In this document: positions 19,467-31,200 of the stretch, in pieces | How the letters are laid out: each line of letters opens with the position of its first letter | How positions within the stretch are numbered: the first letter of the stretch is position 1 | DNA from: a virus | Reading direction: 5' to 3' (one strand) | DNA length: 64,000 nucleotides | Virus record (IMG/VR): IMGVR_UViG_3300047462_000154 | Location: 96,001-160,000 of that record | Notes under the pieces: model-generated | Databases searched by the model: none | Told to the model about the DNA's origin: nothing | The model's input: only the letters and a program-made list of their open reading frames with translations | Position numbers and translations under genes: made by a program

Positions 19467-21591
19467 TAGTAGAGTGCCAAGAGGATATAATACCACTTCT
19501 GATTCAATGAAAATTAGAAATAATTCGATTTATTTGGGTTTCATTAAAGAAAATTCTGATGCACAACGCATGGGGCGCTTAAAAGTTTGGATTCCAGAAT
19601 TAGGTTCTTCATCTGCTGATGACCCAAATGGGTGGATTATTGTTTCATATGCAAGCATGTTTGCTGGTGCAACAAATCCAGCAGATGTTAATGGTTCATC
19701 ACAAACAATGTCTGGTTCACAACAATCTTATGGTTGGTGGGGAATTCCGCCAGATATTAATAACCAAGTATTGGTTTGTTTTGTTAATGGTGAAATATCA
19801 AGAGGATATTGGTTTGCATGTGTTTATCAACAAAACATGAACCATATGATTCCTGGAATTGCTTGTAATATTCCTACAACACAAACTGCTGGCAATACAT
19901 ATCTTCCACCTGTTGTTGAATATAATAAAATAAATCAAACAGACCCAGATAATCCGAGAAGACCGCCATTCACGCCATTGGCAAATGGACTGGTTACAGA
20001 GGGGCTACAGGCTGACCCTGAACGCGGACCATCATCTACGTCAGCAAGAAGGGAAGCCCCTTCAGCGGTCTTTGGATACCTTACACCACGTGGCAATACA
20101 ATTCATGTTGATGATAATCCAGAAAATGAATTTATTAGATTAAGAACAAGAAGTGGGACACAAATTTTAATCGATGAAACCACTGGTATGGTTTATATAA
20201 ATTCTAAATTAGGTAATGCTTGGTTAGAAGTTTCTGATGCTGGTGTAGATGTATATTCAGCAAATTCTGTATCTATTCGTGCACAACAAGATTTTAATGT
20301 AAGAGCCGATAGAAATATTATTTTTGATGCTGGTGGAAGTATTTTATTAAAAGCTGCACAAGATGTTAATATCCAATCAGCGAATGATATTGTTCTTGGT
20401 TCTGGAAATCAATTGGTATTATCATCTGTGAACAATACAAGTTTAACGGTTGGTTCTGATTTTAATTTAAGTGTAAGTGGGGATTTTGCAACACAAACAG
20501 GTGGTAATTTAACAGAAAGTGTTGGTGCTGATATTGTAAGAAATGCAATTAATATTTTAGATAATTCTGGTAATGCACCAAATGTAAATCCAAATGTTGC
20601 GGTTGTGCCTCAACCAAAGAATTTACCAGATATTCAATCAGGAGCATTATCAACTTTAGAAAGCATTGTTAGTAGAATGCCTACACACGAACCAGCGTCT
20701 TCAGTGCATCCAGCATTTGGTGTGCCATTAACATCTGGTGAAGCAGATTTTCCACCAAATCAAGGACAAGGTTCGGCTGGTGGTGCAACAGGAACAGTAA
20801 CTAAAACTGTTGCAACCGGAACTGGCAATCAAAATATCAAAACAAATTTGGCAGCGGGATGCCAAAGCGGAGTATCAACTGTACCTGTTCCAACAGAATC
20901 TTGGAATGCTATTAAAGCAGGCAGTGCAGCATCGGGTGCAGATTTTGGAACCATGGCTGCTATTGCACAAGTAGAATCTGGTTTTCAACCTAATGCATAT
21001 AATCCTTCAAGTGCCACTGGAATGTTTCAATTTGAAGGAAGAACATGGACCGAAATGGTAACTAAGTATGGAAGTCAATATAATTTATCAGAAGGTAATA
21101 TTACAGACCCAGTAGCAAACGCCACTGCTGGTGGTTTATATGCAAATCAAAATGCACAAACTTTGTCTAATAATGGTGTTGCAAATTCTTCATCTGCTGG
21201 GAATCTGTACCTTAGTCATTTACTCGGTCCTGGCGGCGCAACAACAGTTATTGATGCTGTTGCGACAAATCCAAATGCACCTATTTCAAGTTTACCATCT
21301 GGAACATACAATAATATTCAAAACAACCCGTCTTGGCTCAACGGTAACCAATCGGGAGTTAATTTAGGCAGTGACCCAACCGTTGGTGATTATTATAATA
21401 ACTTAACAGGGCATATGAATGCATTAGCATCTGCTTATGATTCCCAAGCTGGATTGCCAGCACCATGCGATAGACAAAACTCAACATCAACAAGTGGAAC
21501 AACTGGCGCATCTACAAATTCAACCACTTCTGCTACTGGTGCATCATCTACTGGTGCAGCAATTGGAGTTTTAGGAAGCGGAGACCAATGA
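19441..21591 (+). CDS. baseplate central spike (gp5-like) with C-terminal lytic transglycosylase domain
   Basis: OB-fold DAQRMGRLKVWIPEL, PPDINNQVLVCF; TPRGNTIHVDD, IRLRTRSG; SLT motifs IAQVESGF, ATGMFQF, LYLSHLLGPGGA. True start may be ATG 19456. Confidence 0.88.
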   Translation: MDGLTMVANSRVPRGYNTTSDSMKIRNNSIYLGFIKENSDAQRMGRLKVWIPELGSSSADDPNGWIIVSYASMFAGATNPADVNGSSQTMSGSQQSYGWWGIPPDINNQVLVCFVNGEISRGYWFACVYQQNMNHMIPGIACNIPTTQTAGNTYLPPVVEYNKINQTDPDNPRRPPFTPLANGLVTEGLQADPERGPSSTSARREAPSAVFGYLTPRGNTIHVDDNPENEFIRLRTRSGTQILIDETTGMVYINSKLGNAWLEVSDAGVDVYSANSVSIRAQQDFNVRADRNIIFDAGGSILLKAAQDVNIQSANDIVLGSGNQLVLSSVNNTSLTVGSDFNLSVSGDFATQTGGNLTESVGADIVRNAINILDNSGNAPNVNPNVAVVPQPKNLPDIQSGALSTLESIVSRMPTHEPASSVHPAFGVPLTSGEADFPPNQGQGSAGGATGTVTKTVATGTGNQNIKTNLAAGCQSGVSTVPVPTESWNAIKAGSAASGADFGTMAAIAQVESGFQPNAYNPSSATGMFQFEGRTWTEMVTKYGSQYNLSEGNITDPVANATAGGLYANQNAQTLSNNGVANSSSAGNLYLSHLLGPGGATTVIDAVATNPNAPISSLPSGTYNNIQNNPSWLNGNQSGVNLGSDPTVGDYYNNLTGHMNALASAYDSQAGLPAPCDRQNSTSTSGTTGASTNSTTSATGASSTGAAIGVLGSGDQ

Positions 21592-21602
21592 ATATGAATT
21601 TA

Positions 21603-22892
21603 TTAATCATCGCTTGACGCTAATTCTTCGGCTTTTGGAATTACGTTTTTGACCATATTTTGAATTTTTTTAGTATATTTATTTCCAGTAGAATCATATG
21701 CAACCAATGTTCTTGCTAACAATATTGGATTTAATTCATCACCATGTTTTCTCATATAATATCTTGCTTGTCTAAATTTTTTATAAGCAGGATTTGTATT
21801 TAAATTATGCATATAAGCTTGAACAGATTGATTTATATTTGCATAAGATGCAAAATCATTTGAATCTCTTGAAGCTTTTTGACCAAATAAAGAATGATTA
21901 TTTACAGCAAATTTAGAACTGCCCCATCCGCTTTCTAATGCGGCTTGTGATAATGTTAAAACTGTTGGAATTACATCAACTCTTGATAATAATTCCTTGA
22001 TATCATTTGACCCATATTTTTTGGATATTAATTGAAATTTTGCTGTTTGATGATTATCTAGATTTGACTTATTTTCAATATGGATAAGAAAATTTCTATC
22101 TGATAAAATACTATCATTTTCTTTATCGATTAGGGGTTTTATTTTAAGAATGAATGCTTTTTTGATTTGTTCTGGAGTTTGTTGCACTGTATTCGATTGA
22201 TTTGGTTTTTCGCTTTGCATCATGGTATCTAATGTATTGATTGATGGTGCATCGCCTTCATCGGAAGTATGGGCAACAGCGTGATGTAAAACTGGTGCTG
22301 GTGGATTGGCGAATTTGTATAATGAATTACCACCCATACCTAAACCTAATGCGAGTGCTGCTGAACCTAATGTTTTACCAAATGATGCTTCTTCCAAAGT
22401 TATTTGTAAATCATTATAATTTTTCCATAATACTAAAACATCACCACCATTTGGATAATTTGTAAGCATACCATCAAAATTTAACACATGTTGAAAATAT
22501 GTAGAAATTCTTGAAATTAATTTTTTTCTATCTACATTAATAATTGAATAGCCATCTGTAGCCCACCATAAAAAATTATATTTTCCTTCAACGTTTGGAA
22601 TCACAATTGAAGGAAATATGGAAAATATATTTTTTAAATCTGTGTCATTTAATTTATAATTTTTTGGTGCTATTTTTAACCAATTTGGAATAACAACTTT
22701 ATATAAATTTGGTCCATATTTTTTTGCATATTCTTTATTTTTATAAAAATATATTCCTTTTCCTAATAGAGAAAATGAATCTTCATCAACGTTAAAATAT
22801 TGAAATACAGCGTTGCTTCCATGATAAAATATTGAAGATTTTTTTATTTCTTCTAAAAATAATTCATCATCAAAAAACTCTTCAATTAACAT
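21603..22892 (-). CDS. ADP-ribosyltransferase-like domain + hydrophobic segment + Bax/GH73 glucosaminidase fusion
   Basis: Track says + but CAT at 22890-22892 shows minus strand. FYHGS...LGKGIYF...AKKYG; AALALGLGMGG; RVDVIP..LTLSQAALESGWGSSKFA..NHSLFGQ...YMHNLNT.PAY. Confidence 0.75.
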   Translation of the reverse strand: MLIEEFFDDELFLEEIKKSSIFYHGSNAVFQYFNVDEDSFSLLGKGIYFYKNKEYAKKYGPNLYKVVIPNWLKIAPKNYKLNDTDLKNIFSIFPSIVIPNVEGKYNFLWWATDGYSIINVDRKKLISRISTYFQHVLNFDGMLTNYPNGGDVLVLWKNYNDLQITLEEASFGKTLGSAALALGLGMGGNSLYKFANPPAPVLHHAVAHTSDEGDAPSINTLDTMMQSEKPNQSNTVQQTPEQIKKAFILKIKPLIDKENDSILSDRNFLIHIENKSNLDNHQTAKFQLISKKYGSNDIKELLSRVDVIPTVLTLSQAALESGWGSSKFAVNNHSLFGQKASRDSNDFASYANINQSVQAYMHNLNTNPAYKKFRQARYYMRKHGDELNPILLARTLVAYDSTGNKYTKKIQNMVKNVIPKAEELASSDD

Positions 22893-22914
22893 ATTAAACC
22901 CTTTATTTTATTTA

Positions 22915-23514
22915 TTAATAAAACGGGTCTGTGAAAACGTAAGTATTTCCGCGTTTCATTATATTTGATGGCGCTAGATCATCTTTCAAATCATTATTTA
23001 TCATAAAAATTGCCATTTTTTCTAACGTAGACGCCAAAGAATCAGGAACACGACTTTTATATTTTTCCAATTCTTGTAATAGAAGTTTCCTTCTATATTT
23101 TTCTGCTAAATGATTTTCTTCCATTGGTTCTAATTTATATTCTTCTATTGCAACCAAAATAGAAAATAAATTATTAATTATATAAACTTCGTCATCGTCA
23201 TTTGTTATTTCTTCTAATTTTTCCATTCTTATAGCAAGAAAATCAGAATTTATTTTTACTATTTTTCCTTTGAATACTGGAAGATTTTCATTACCAGGAT
23301 TTTGTTTACAAAAATTTAAAAATTCTAAATACGCCGAGTCATTGATATTAAATAATTTTAAAACAAATTGGTCATTTGGTTTATGATAAACGATTGAATG
23401 TCCTTTTCCGCCTGCTTTTCCACCACCGATTCTTTGATAACCAGCGTTTGCTAATTTTTCATCAGCATCTTGAAAACTGATATCGCTTTCTGTAAGAATT
23501 TCAGAAAACCGCAT
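22915..23514 (-). CDS. protein kinase-like protein
   Basis: Minus strand (CAT 23512-23514; track mislabelled). Gly loop GGKGHSIVY, VLK, IRMEKL, DDLAPSNIM, VFTDP. Confidence 0.75.
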   Translation of the reverse strand: MRFSEILTESDISFQDADEKLANAGYQRIGGGKAGGKGHSIVYHKPNDQFVLKLFNINDSAYLEFLNFCKQNPGNENLPVFKGKIVKINSDFLAIRMEKLEEITNDDDEVYIINNLFSILVAIEEYKLEPMEENHLAEKYRRKLLLQELEKYKSRVPDSLASTLEKMAIFMINNDLKDDLAPSNIMKRGNTYVFTDPFY

Positions 23515-23727
23515 TTAGAATTTACCTTTTTCTTTACGACCCATAGAAATATTTTTTTGAAAACGTATATCTTTATTATTAAGGGTCCAGCATTCACCAG
23601 TTTCATTTAAAGCAACAACAAATAGTAAATCGTATTCTATACCATAATCAATTAAAAAATGTGCATAACCATCTCCCATTTGAGTTGAAACAGGAATTGG
23701 AGGATTAAGTTGTAGATGTGTTGTCAT
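23515..23727 (-). CDS. small hypothetical phage protein
   Basis: Minus strand (CAT 23725-23727; track mislabelled). LQLNPPIPV.T..G.G.AHFLIDYG.E.DL motif. Confidence 0.65.
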   Translation of the reverse strand: MTTHLQLNPPIPVSTQMGDGYAHFLIDYGIEYDLLFVVALNETGECWTLNNKDIRFQKNISMGRKEKGKF

Positions 23728-23776
23728 AAGGATATTTATTTCTCACATATTTATTTGGGAAATAAATAAATATAAG

Positions 23777-24349
23777 ATGAAATTAACAGATTTATTTGAA
23801 TCAGATATTTGTGAATCAGTTGTGAGAATTGACCACAACGATATTAATCGTTCACCTAGAGATTTTTCAAAATCTCTAAATGTATATCATCATAATAAAG
23901 ATTGGACACATTCTGGCGCTATAGATAAAAAAATACCAAGTTTGTATAAAACAACTAAACTTACTAAGGGATTATTTGGTGGTAGTGCAAGAGACACAGC
24001 ACCTTATGTAATTCCCAGACATATCACATGGATACAATATTTTGATTCAAATAAAAATAAATCGATCGTTGTAGTCAATAAAAAAGATGAAAACGAAATT
24101 AAGAATTCTAGACCAATATTATCAACATGGGCAAAAAATAATAAATTTATTGATTTGCCTAGTGGAGAAAAACTTTCTTATGACCCTGGCAGACCAACAT
24201 CAAGAAAAATAATAAAAAATCCATTAAAATATTTAAATGATAATGGACACGAAATTATTTTTACTGATAATCTAAAAAACTATATTAAAGATTTAAAAGC
24301 ACAAGGAATCAATTTTAATATGGAAGGTGACCCTAAAGATTTTGAATAA
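23777..24349 (+). CDS. hypothetical, candidate head-internal protein
   Basis: N-terminus MKLTDLFES; ATAAATA motifs immediately upstream. Confidence 0.55.
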   Translation: MKLTDLFESDICESVVRIDHNDINRSPRDFSKSLNVYHHNKDWTHSGAIDKKIPSLYKTTKLTKGLFGGSARDTAPYVIPRHITWIQYFDSNKNKSIVVVNKKDENEIKNSRPILSTWAKNNKFIDLPSGEKLSYDPGRPTSRKIIKNPLKYLNDNGHEIIFTDNLKNYIKDLKAQGINFNMEGDPKDFE

Positions 24350-24412
24350 ATTATTATTTTGTATGGTTTTTATTCGATAAATAAATACAAATATAATAAA
24401 GGGTTTTATAAA

Positions 24413-24850
24413 TTGAGTGGCACTGGAATTAATAGTTATTTGAGTTTAAATAATTCATTACAAACCCAATTTGTTTTTGTTGGATTTGGTTCTGCCAATT
24501 ATTATTCAACTGGCACTTCTACATTGTATGATATTGATTTGATTAATCAGGATTTAACATATGCATTTGGGACTCGTGTTGGTGAACGAGTTATGAGACC
24601 AGATTTTGGCTGTAGAATTTGGGAATATTTTATGAATCCAATGGATGATTTTACAACTGGGCAGATTATTTCTGAAGCACAAAGAATTATTGCATTAGAC
24701 ACAAGGTTAGTTCAACAAAGTATTGACATATACGAAATACAGAACGGGATTACTGTTCAATTAACGTTGTTATATCAACCATTTAACGTAATAGGCACGT
24801 TCCAAGCAACTTTCAACGCGAACGAGAACGCATATTTTAATAGTAATTAA
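24413..24850 (+). CDS. baseplate wedge subunit (gp25-like)
   Basis: LYDIDLINQDL..AF.TRVGERVMRPDFGCRIWEY..DTR; TTG 24413 preferred over track start 24359 because ATAAATA motifs lie between them. Confidence 0.9.
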   Translation: MSGTGINSYLSLNNSLQTQFVFVGFGSANYYSTGTSTLYDIDLINQDLTYAFGTRVGERVMRPDFGCRIWEYFMNPMDDFTTGQIISEAQRIIALDTRLVQQSIDIYEIQNGITVQLTLLYQPFNVIGTFQATFNANENAYFNSN

Positions 24851-24861
24851 GGAATAAAATT

Positions 24862-27800
24862 TTGAGTATATCGTCCCGCACGTCAGAATTATTTACTGGT
24901 GAAAATTGGCAAGTAATATATCAAGCGTTTAGTCAAATAAATTTTAATGCATCTGATGCGCCAAGTATTAATCAAGCGTTGCAGAATTATATAATTACAA
25001 ATTATCCTGAATCTTATAATGATTTTATTGCTGATTCAGAATTTATTGCGATTATTGATTTACTTTCTTGGTTAGCTGGTAATTTAGCATTTAAAACTGA
25101 TTTATCTGTTAGAGAGAATTTTTTAGAAGTTGCTCAAGCTAAAGAATCTGTATTACGTCTTGCGAGATTTTTATCTTATAATCCAAGTCGTAATATTCCA
25201 TCACAAGGTGTTTTAAAACTTGTTGCTATATCAACTAATGATGATGTTTATGATAGTTCTGGTGTTGATTTAGCGAACACGACAATATTGTGGAATAATC
25301 CTGATGACAATAATTGGTATGAACGTTTTACTGCTATTTTGAATAATGCATTTGTTAATACTAATCCTTTTGGTATTCCCATTCAAAATGGTTCAATTGG
25401 TGGTATTACGACACAAACATATCGTTTTAATTCTATTGCTTCAAAAAACAATTATGGATTTTCTGCAAGTGTAAGTGGCACAAATATGAATTTTGAAATT
25501 TGTAATGGTGATTTTACAAATGGTCAAACATTATTTGAAAGAACACCGAATCCTGCAAATGCGTTTCAGTTTTATTATTTAAATGATGGAAATGGAAATG
25601 GTTCGTCACAAACTGGATTTTTTGTTTTATTCAAACAAGGTTCTACAAATTCTACATTATTTAATATTACAAATCCTGTTCAAAACCAATTATTGAATGT
25701 TACGACTTCGAATATTAATCAGAATGATGTTTGGGTTCAGACGGTTGATGATAGCAATAACGTTTTGATTACTTGGACGCCTGTTCCGATAATGTTGAAT
25801 GAAAATATTACTTATAATACTTTATCGACTGACCAAAGAAATATTTATTCTGTGATTACACAAGATAATGACCAAATTAATATTAGATTTTCTGATGGTA
25901 ATTTTGGTAATGCTCCTGTTGGAAATTTATTGGTAACATATCGAGTAAGTAATGGGTTGGTATATACAATTAATCCCAATGATATAAGCAACATTAATTT
26001 AAATTTGACTTATATTAATTCTGCTGGTTCTTCAAAAACATTAACTATGACATTCAGTTTGCAATCTTCTATTGCAAATTCAAGTGCTTCTGAATCTATT
26101 GCATCAATTCAACAAAATGCCCCATTGGTTTATGCAACACAGAACAGAATGGTTTCTGGTCAAGATTATAACACGTTTCCATTACAAACTAATTTGGCTG
26201 TTAAATTAAAATCATTGAATAGAGTATATTCTGGACAATCTCGTTATATTGATTTGAATGACCCTACTGGGTTTTATCAAGATTTAAGTATTTTTGCTGA
26301 TGATGGTATTATATTTTCACAAAATGCTAATGGTTATGCGGAAATACCATCATCGTTAAATTTATCTGTTACTAATTTGATTGATGATTATATTCAACCT
26401 TTGTTATCTTCACAAACTACAATTAATGCAATTCAAAATTCTTTTATTGCAAATGTTTTGAATGGAAATATTGTTCCGCCTCCTGGAATGATTTGGAATC
26501 AATCAACGGCTTCTTTATATTCGACAACTGGATGGTTTAATTTAGCATCTTATTTGATTACTGTTGGTTCTATGATTAAATTTAGTTTTAATGGTGTAAC
26601 AAAATGGGTTGGTGTTGTTTCTGTTCAAGGAGCGATTACAAATGTTCCTTTGGCTAATACTGCTGGTCCAGTTACGTTGACTACAAATGTTCCATCTACT
26701 GCTACAGTTCTTGCGATTATGCCTGCTTATGTTTCAACCTTATCTGTTGCAAATATAACGGCTATTTCAAATAATATTTCAGCAAATATTTCATTTTCTT
26801 TGATATATGATTATATTAATGGTTGGGTTGTTAGCACACCTATTCCAACAACATCTTTGACTGGTAATTTAATTTTAAATAATTCAAATCCAACATCACA
26901 ATTATATGTCATGGAAGTAGATTATGCTTCTGTTCTTTGGAGAATCAATTCAATTGGTTTAAGTTACGTTTTTGAAAGTATAACAACAGTTGAATGGTTT
27001 AATGATGGTGTAAGTGCGATTGACCAAGCAACTGGTCAATCTGCTATTGATGATACGATTAGTATTTTAAGTATTAATCCTGATGTGAATAATACGATGG
27101 GATATGCTTTAAAACAAGATTATATTTTTGATGTTGGTGATATTTGGACATATCAAACTGGATTACCAGAACCAAGAAGAACGTATATTAATTTGGCGGA
27201 TACTACTGATTCTGGTTTTATTGATAATCCAGAATCTTACATTGATTTGATTTCAAATAATATAATCGATACATATTTGTTCTGGGAAACAAATTCACAA
27301 AATTTATTAGAACCATCTTATTCTGTTTTGGTTTTCGAATATGGTTCTTTGTTAAGTTCTGCTGTGTCGTCAACAAATACAAATTATGCTCCTGCTGATG
27401 GCACTGAAGCTTTTGTTGTATATGGTGGCAGTCAATCAAATCCGATACCAACACAGAACAATACATTTTGGACATATTCTGCAAATACAAATGCTTGGAG
27501 TCAAGATTTTTCACAAACTTATGCTTATCAAATAGGACGTGGACCTAATATTGCTAGTTTATGGTTATATACCACAAATGATTTACCTTACATTAATAGT
27601 GGCAATGATTTTATGTCTGATGAACCACAAGGAAATCAGATTAAATTTCAATGGAAACATTATGCATCTTATGATGACAGGATTGACCCTGCAAGTCAGG
27701 CGATTGAGGATATGTTTGTTTTAACAACAGCATATGATAGCGCGATAAGATTATGGATATCAAATGGCGCAGACCCGACGAGCACTAAACCTGTGCCGCC

Positions 27801-28257
27801 TACTGAATTAGAATTAAGATTAGCATTTGCATCAATGGAAAATTATAAAATGTTTTCTGATGCTTTGGTATGGCATCCAGTATCTTATAAATTGTTATTT
27901 GGTAGTGCTGCTGATTTAGATTTACAAATGCAATTTAAAGTAATTCCATCTCCTGGCACGACAATGAGCAATGGAGAAATTCAAAGTTCGGTAATCAACG
28001 CAATAAACACATATTTTTCAATTCAATATTGGGATTTTGGTGATACGTTTTATTGGTCTGAATTAAGTGCATATATTCATTTACAATTAGCTGGCGTAAT
28101 TTCTAGTATTGTTGTTGTTCCATTATCCGCAAATAGCGCATTTGGTGATGGATTTGAAATTCCCTGTAATCCTAATGAGATTTTTATTAGCTGTGCCCAA
28201 GTTTCCAACGTTATTATTATAGCATCAAATACTCCTACTGCACTTCGTATTAGATAA
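24862..28257 (+). CDS. baseplate wedge protein (gp6-like)
   Basis: SEFIAIIDLL, ENFLEVAQ..ESVLRLA..LSYNP, IRFSDGNFG, ESIASIQQNAP..YATQNRMVS.QDY, WDFGDTFY. Confidence 0.9.
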   Translation: MSISSRTSELFTGENWQVIYQAFSQINFNASDAPSINQALQNYIITNYPESYNDFIADSEFIAIIDLLSWLAGNLAFKTDLSVRENFLEVAQAKESVLRLARFLSYNPSRNIPSQGVLKLVAISTNDDVYDSSGVDLANTTILWNNPDDNNWYERFTAILNNAFVNTNPFGIPIQNGSIGGITTQTYRFNSIASKNNYGFSASVSGTNMNFEICNGDFTNGQTLFERTPNPANAFQFYYLNDGNGNGSSQTGFFVLFKQGSTNSTLFNITNPVQNQLLNVTTSNINQNDVWVQTVDDSNNVLITWTPVPIMLNENITYNTLSTDQRNIYSVITQDNDQINIRFSDGNFGNAPVGNLLVTYRVSNGLVYTINPNDISNINLNLTYINSAGSSKTLTMTFSLQSSIANSSASESIASIQQNAPLVYATQNRMVSGQDYNTFPLQTNLAVKLKSLNRVYSGQSRYIDLNDPTGFYQDLSIFADDGIIFSQNANGYAEIPSSLNLSVTNLIDDYIQPLLSSQTTINAIQNSFIANVLNGNIVPPPGMIWNQSTASLYSTTGWFNLASYLITVGSMIKFSFNGVTKWVGVVSVQGAITNVPLANTAGPVTLTTNVPSTATVLAIMPAYVSTLSVANITAISNNISANISFSLIYDYINGWVVSTPIPTTSLTGNLILNNSNPTSQLYVMEVDYASVLWRINSIGLSYVFESITTVEWFNDGVSAIDQATGQSAIDDTISILSINPDVNNTMGYALKQDYIFDVGDIWTYQTGLPEPRRTYINLADTTDSGFIDNPESYIDLISNNIIDTYLFWETNSQNLLEPSYSVLVFEYGSLLSSAVSSTNTNYAPADGTEAFVVYGGSQSNPIPTQNNTFWTYSANTNAWSQDFSQTYAYQIGRGPNIASLWLYTTNDLPYINSGNDFMSDEPQGNQIKFQWKHYASYDDRIDPASQAIEDMFVLTTAYDSAIRLWISNGADPTSTKPVPPTELELRLAFASMENYKMFSDALVWHPVSYKLLFGSAADLDLQMQFKVIPSPGTTMSNGEIQSSVINAINTYFSIQYWDFGDTFYWSELSAYIHLQLAGVISSIVVVPLSANSAFGDGFEIPCNPNEIFISCAQVSNVIIIASNTPTALRIR

Positions 28258-28268
28258 AGAAAATTTAA

Positions 28269-31200
28269 ATGACAGATAAACGTAGACAAATACAACAACT
28301 TCCAGCAATCAATCAAACTCAGGCATTAAAAGATTTTTTTGGTGTAACTGTTGATGAAGTTTTTCAACCAGGAACACCTGTTGCAACAAATGGATATATT
28401 GGACAAATTCCTCCATTATATGATAATCAATGGCAACCAAACACATATTATAATGTTAACGTTTATATTGTTTACAACAATATTCTTTATCAATGTGTAA
28501 CTTCACATACCAGTGTTTCAACATTTAATCCTGTATTATGGGCAGCGGTTGATTTTTATATTCAGGAACAAAATTCTGAAAGACAAAATTATCAACTTGA
28601 GCCTGGAATGACGAGCACTAATTCTTCAAATGTAATTACAAATGCTTTGACATATCCAGATTTGGTTGATTATATAGAAAATAATAACGGTATTATAACA
28701 AATCAACAAAGATTATTTGAAACAGATTATTATTCTTGGGCACCACCAATTGATATTGATAAATTTATCAATTTTCAACAATATTATTGGTTTGGTGATT
28801 TAAACGGAAGTAATGATTTGCCTACTTTGGTTTTGTCTTCTCCTATTTTTTCTTATACTGGTGATGGCACAACAACATCATTTGCTTTACCTAATAGCAT
28901 TTCTGGAATTTCTTCAAATCAAGAAACTCCTGCAATTTATGTCAATGGTGTTTCTGAACAATACACAATAAGTGGAAATAATATTATTTTAAGTGCTGCT
29001 CCTTCTGTTGGAGCTAAAATTATTACAACACGTTTCGATAATTTATATGATGCCATCAATAATCAAGAAACTTTTCCAATTTCTGAATTTATTAGTAACA
29101 TAACTGCATATAATGCAGATGGCTTCACTACGTCATTTGCTGATGTATATTCTACATCTTCGAATGAAAATCAATTTTTGGTTTTTTATACACCAAATGG
29201 AAGTATAACATCTACCTTATTAAATTCAAACAATTACAATTTAGAAAATGGTTTTGTTAATATTATTTCTTTACCAAATTCATTAACTGTTCCAAATTAT
29301 GGTGATACAATATCGATTGTTTTATTAAATGGTTTATTAAGTTTAACTGACATAAGTTCTATTCCTTCAGGTATATCTTATACTGATTTGCAATATCTTT
29401 CTTCTGGTATGCGAATTCAATTACTAGATACGCAAACATATTTTTTAACTTGGGATGAATCTCCTTGGGATTCTGGTTTATGGGATGGTGGTCAACCATT
29501 ATATTTTGTTGATGGTGTTGGTTCTTCAATACGTTTAACTTCTAGTAATTCTTTAATTACTGGTTTAAATGCACAATATGTTACAATTGACCGTTCATCG
29601 TTAGATAATAATCCGTGGTCATTAAGAAATTCTTGGGTTCATGTTGATACTTTTGCTTGGTCTGGTTTAAATTTTTCATCAAGACAAGCATCGCGCCAAA
29701 TCATAGAATTTGTGAAAGATATTGTATTATATAATTATGGATATCAAAGAATTTTACCTATATCAGCAACATTGACAAACAATGCTATGGTAAATGGTGT
29801 TGCTATAACATATTCCCAAATTGCTTTTGAAACGATTGGTTCTGTTTATGTTGATAATAATGTTTTATTAACCAATGGAATGAGATTACTTGTTTTGGGA
29901 ACAACACAAACATTATTTGAAGTTTCTGAACAAGACAATTTATATTTACTTACTCCTATTTCTGTTACTGTTGGTGATATTGCAAAAATTGGAACAAGTA
30001 CATCTGAATATTGGTATAATGGCACAGTTTGGAATTTGGCTCAAATTTGGAGTGAAAGCGCAAATCCTAGATTTGTTCTTTATGATATAGAAACAACACC
30101 AACTGCATTTGATGATAGCACAGTATATCCTAATAGTAATTTTGGTGCATCTAATGGTAATGAAATTTTTAGTTATCAAGTTGGCACAACATATGATTCA
30201 ATTTTAGCAAAATATATTAATTATGATTCCAATGGTTATATTATTTTTGAAAACGATACAGTTATTAATATATATACTTATCTATTAAATGGGGTTGTAA
30301 CTGATATAACCAGTCTTGCTTGTTATGGGGTTTCTACAAATTATTCAATAACTAATTCATTATCTACACAAGCATTGTGGTATAAATCTACAAATCCTTC
30401 AACTACACAACAAACAACAAATTCTAATGGATTTTATAATATACCTTTGAATTTAGAAGCAAATCCTTTATGGAATGATGTGACTACACTTTCAAAAAGT
30501 GAATATTTTTCTCATTTTACTTCAATAATTTCAAATCAAATTGGTATTGAAGGTGCCCCATATTATAACAATAATTGGAGAGACACTACCAAAAATTTAG
30601 GTTCTGGAACAGAAATATTACAACATCAAGCGCCATTATTGAAAGCGATGTTATTTGCTTCAGATAATAGGTTTGATATACCAACAGCGATAAAATATGC
30701 GGACCAAGAATACACAAGGTTCAAGAACAAATTTGCAAAAAAATTAAATGATTTATTAATTAAAGGTGTATTATCTGAAGATACTTCTCCACAAACTTGT
30801 GTTACAACTGCTTTAAATTCATTAAAAATTGACAAGAATAATACATTTCCGTTTTGGTTAAGCCAAATGGCTGGAGATTTTTATTTTATACCACCAACAC
30901 CAGCCTATTTGGGTATTTTGACGCCAACATTACCATCAACTTCATTGGTTATGGATTATACTTTTGGTGAACCGATTGAAATGATACAAGGTCATGATGG
31001 TTCGTTATCTCCTGCTTTTCAGGATTGGAGAGATAATGTTTTTATTGCTTTAGAAACACAAATTTATAATAGCATTCCAGAACAATTTATTACTCAATTG
31101 AGACCAATTTTTGATATAGAAAATTATATATCAAATAGATTTTATTCAGCAAATAATGGATATAATTTAGGAGAATTAAATTCAATTTTAGCACCTATTT

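Noticed and set aside
21603-23727. Plus-strand labels for three ORFs in the supplied track
   Set aside because: Their translations match the reverse complement (CAT at 22890-92, 23512-14, 23725-27); reported as minus.
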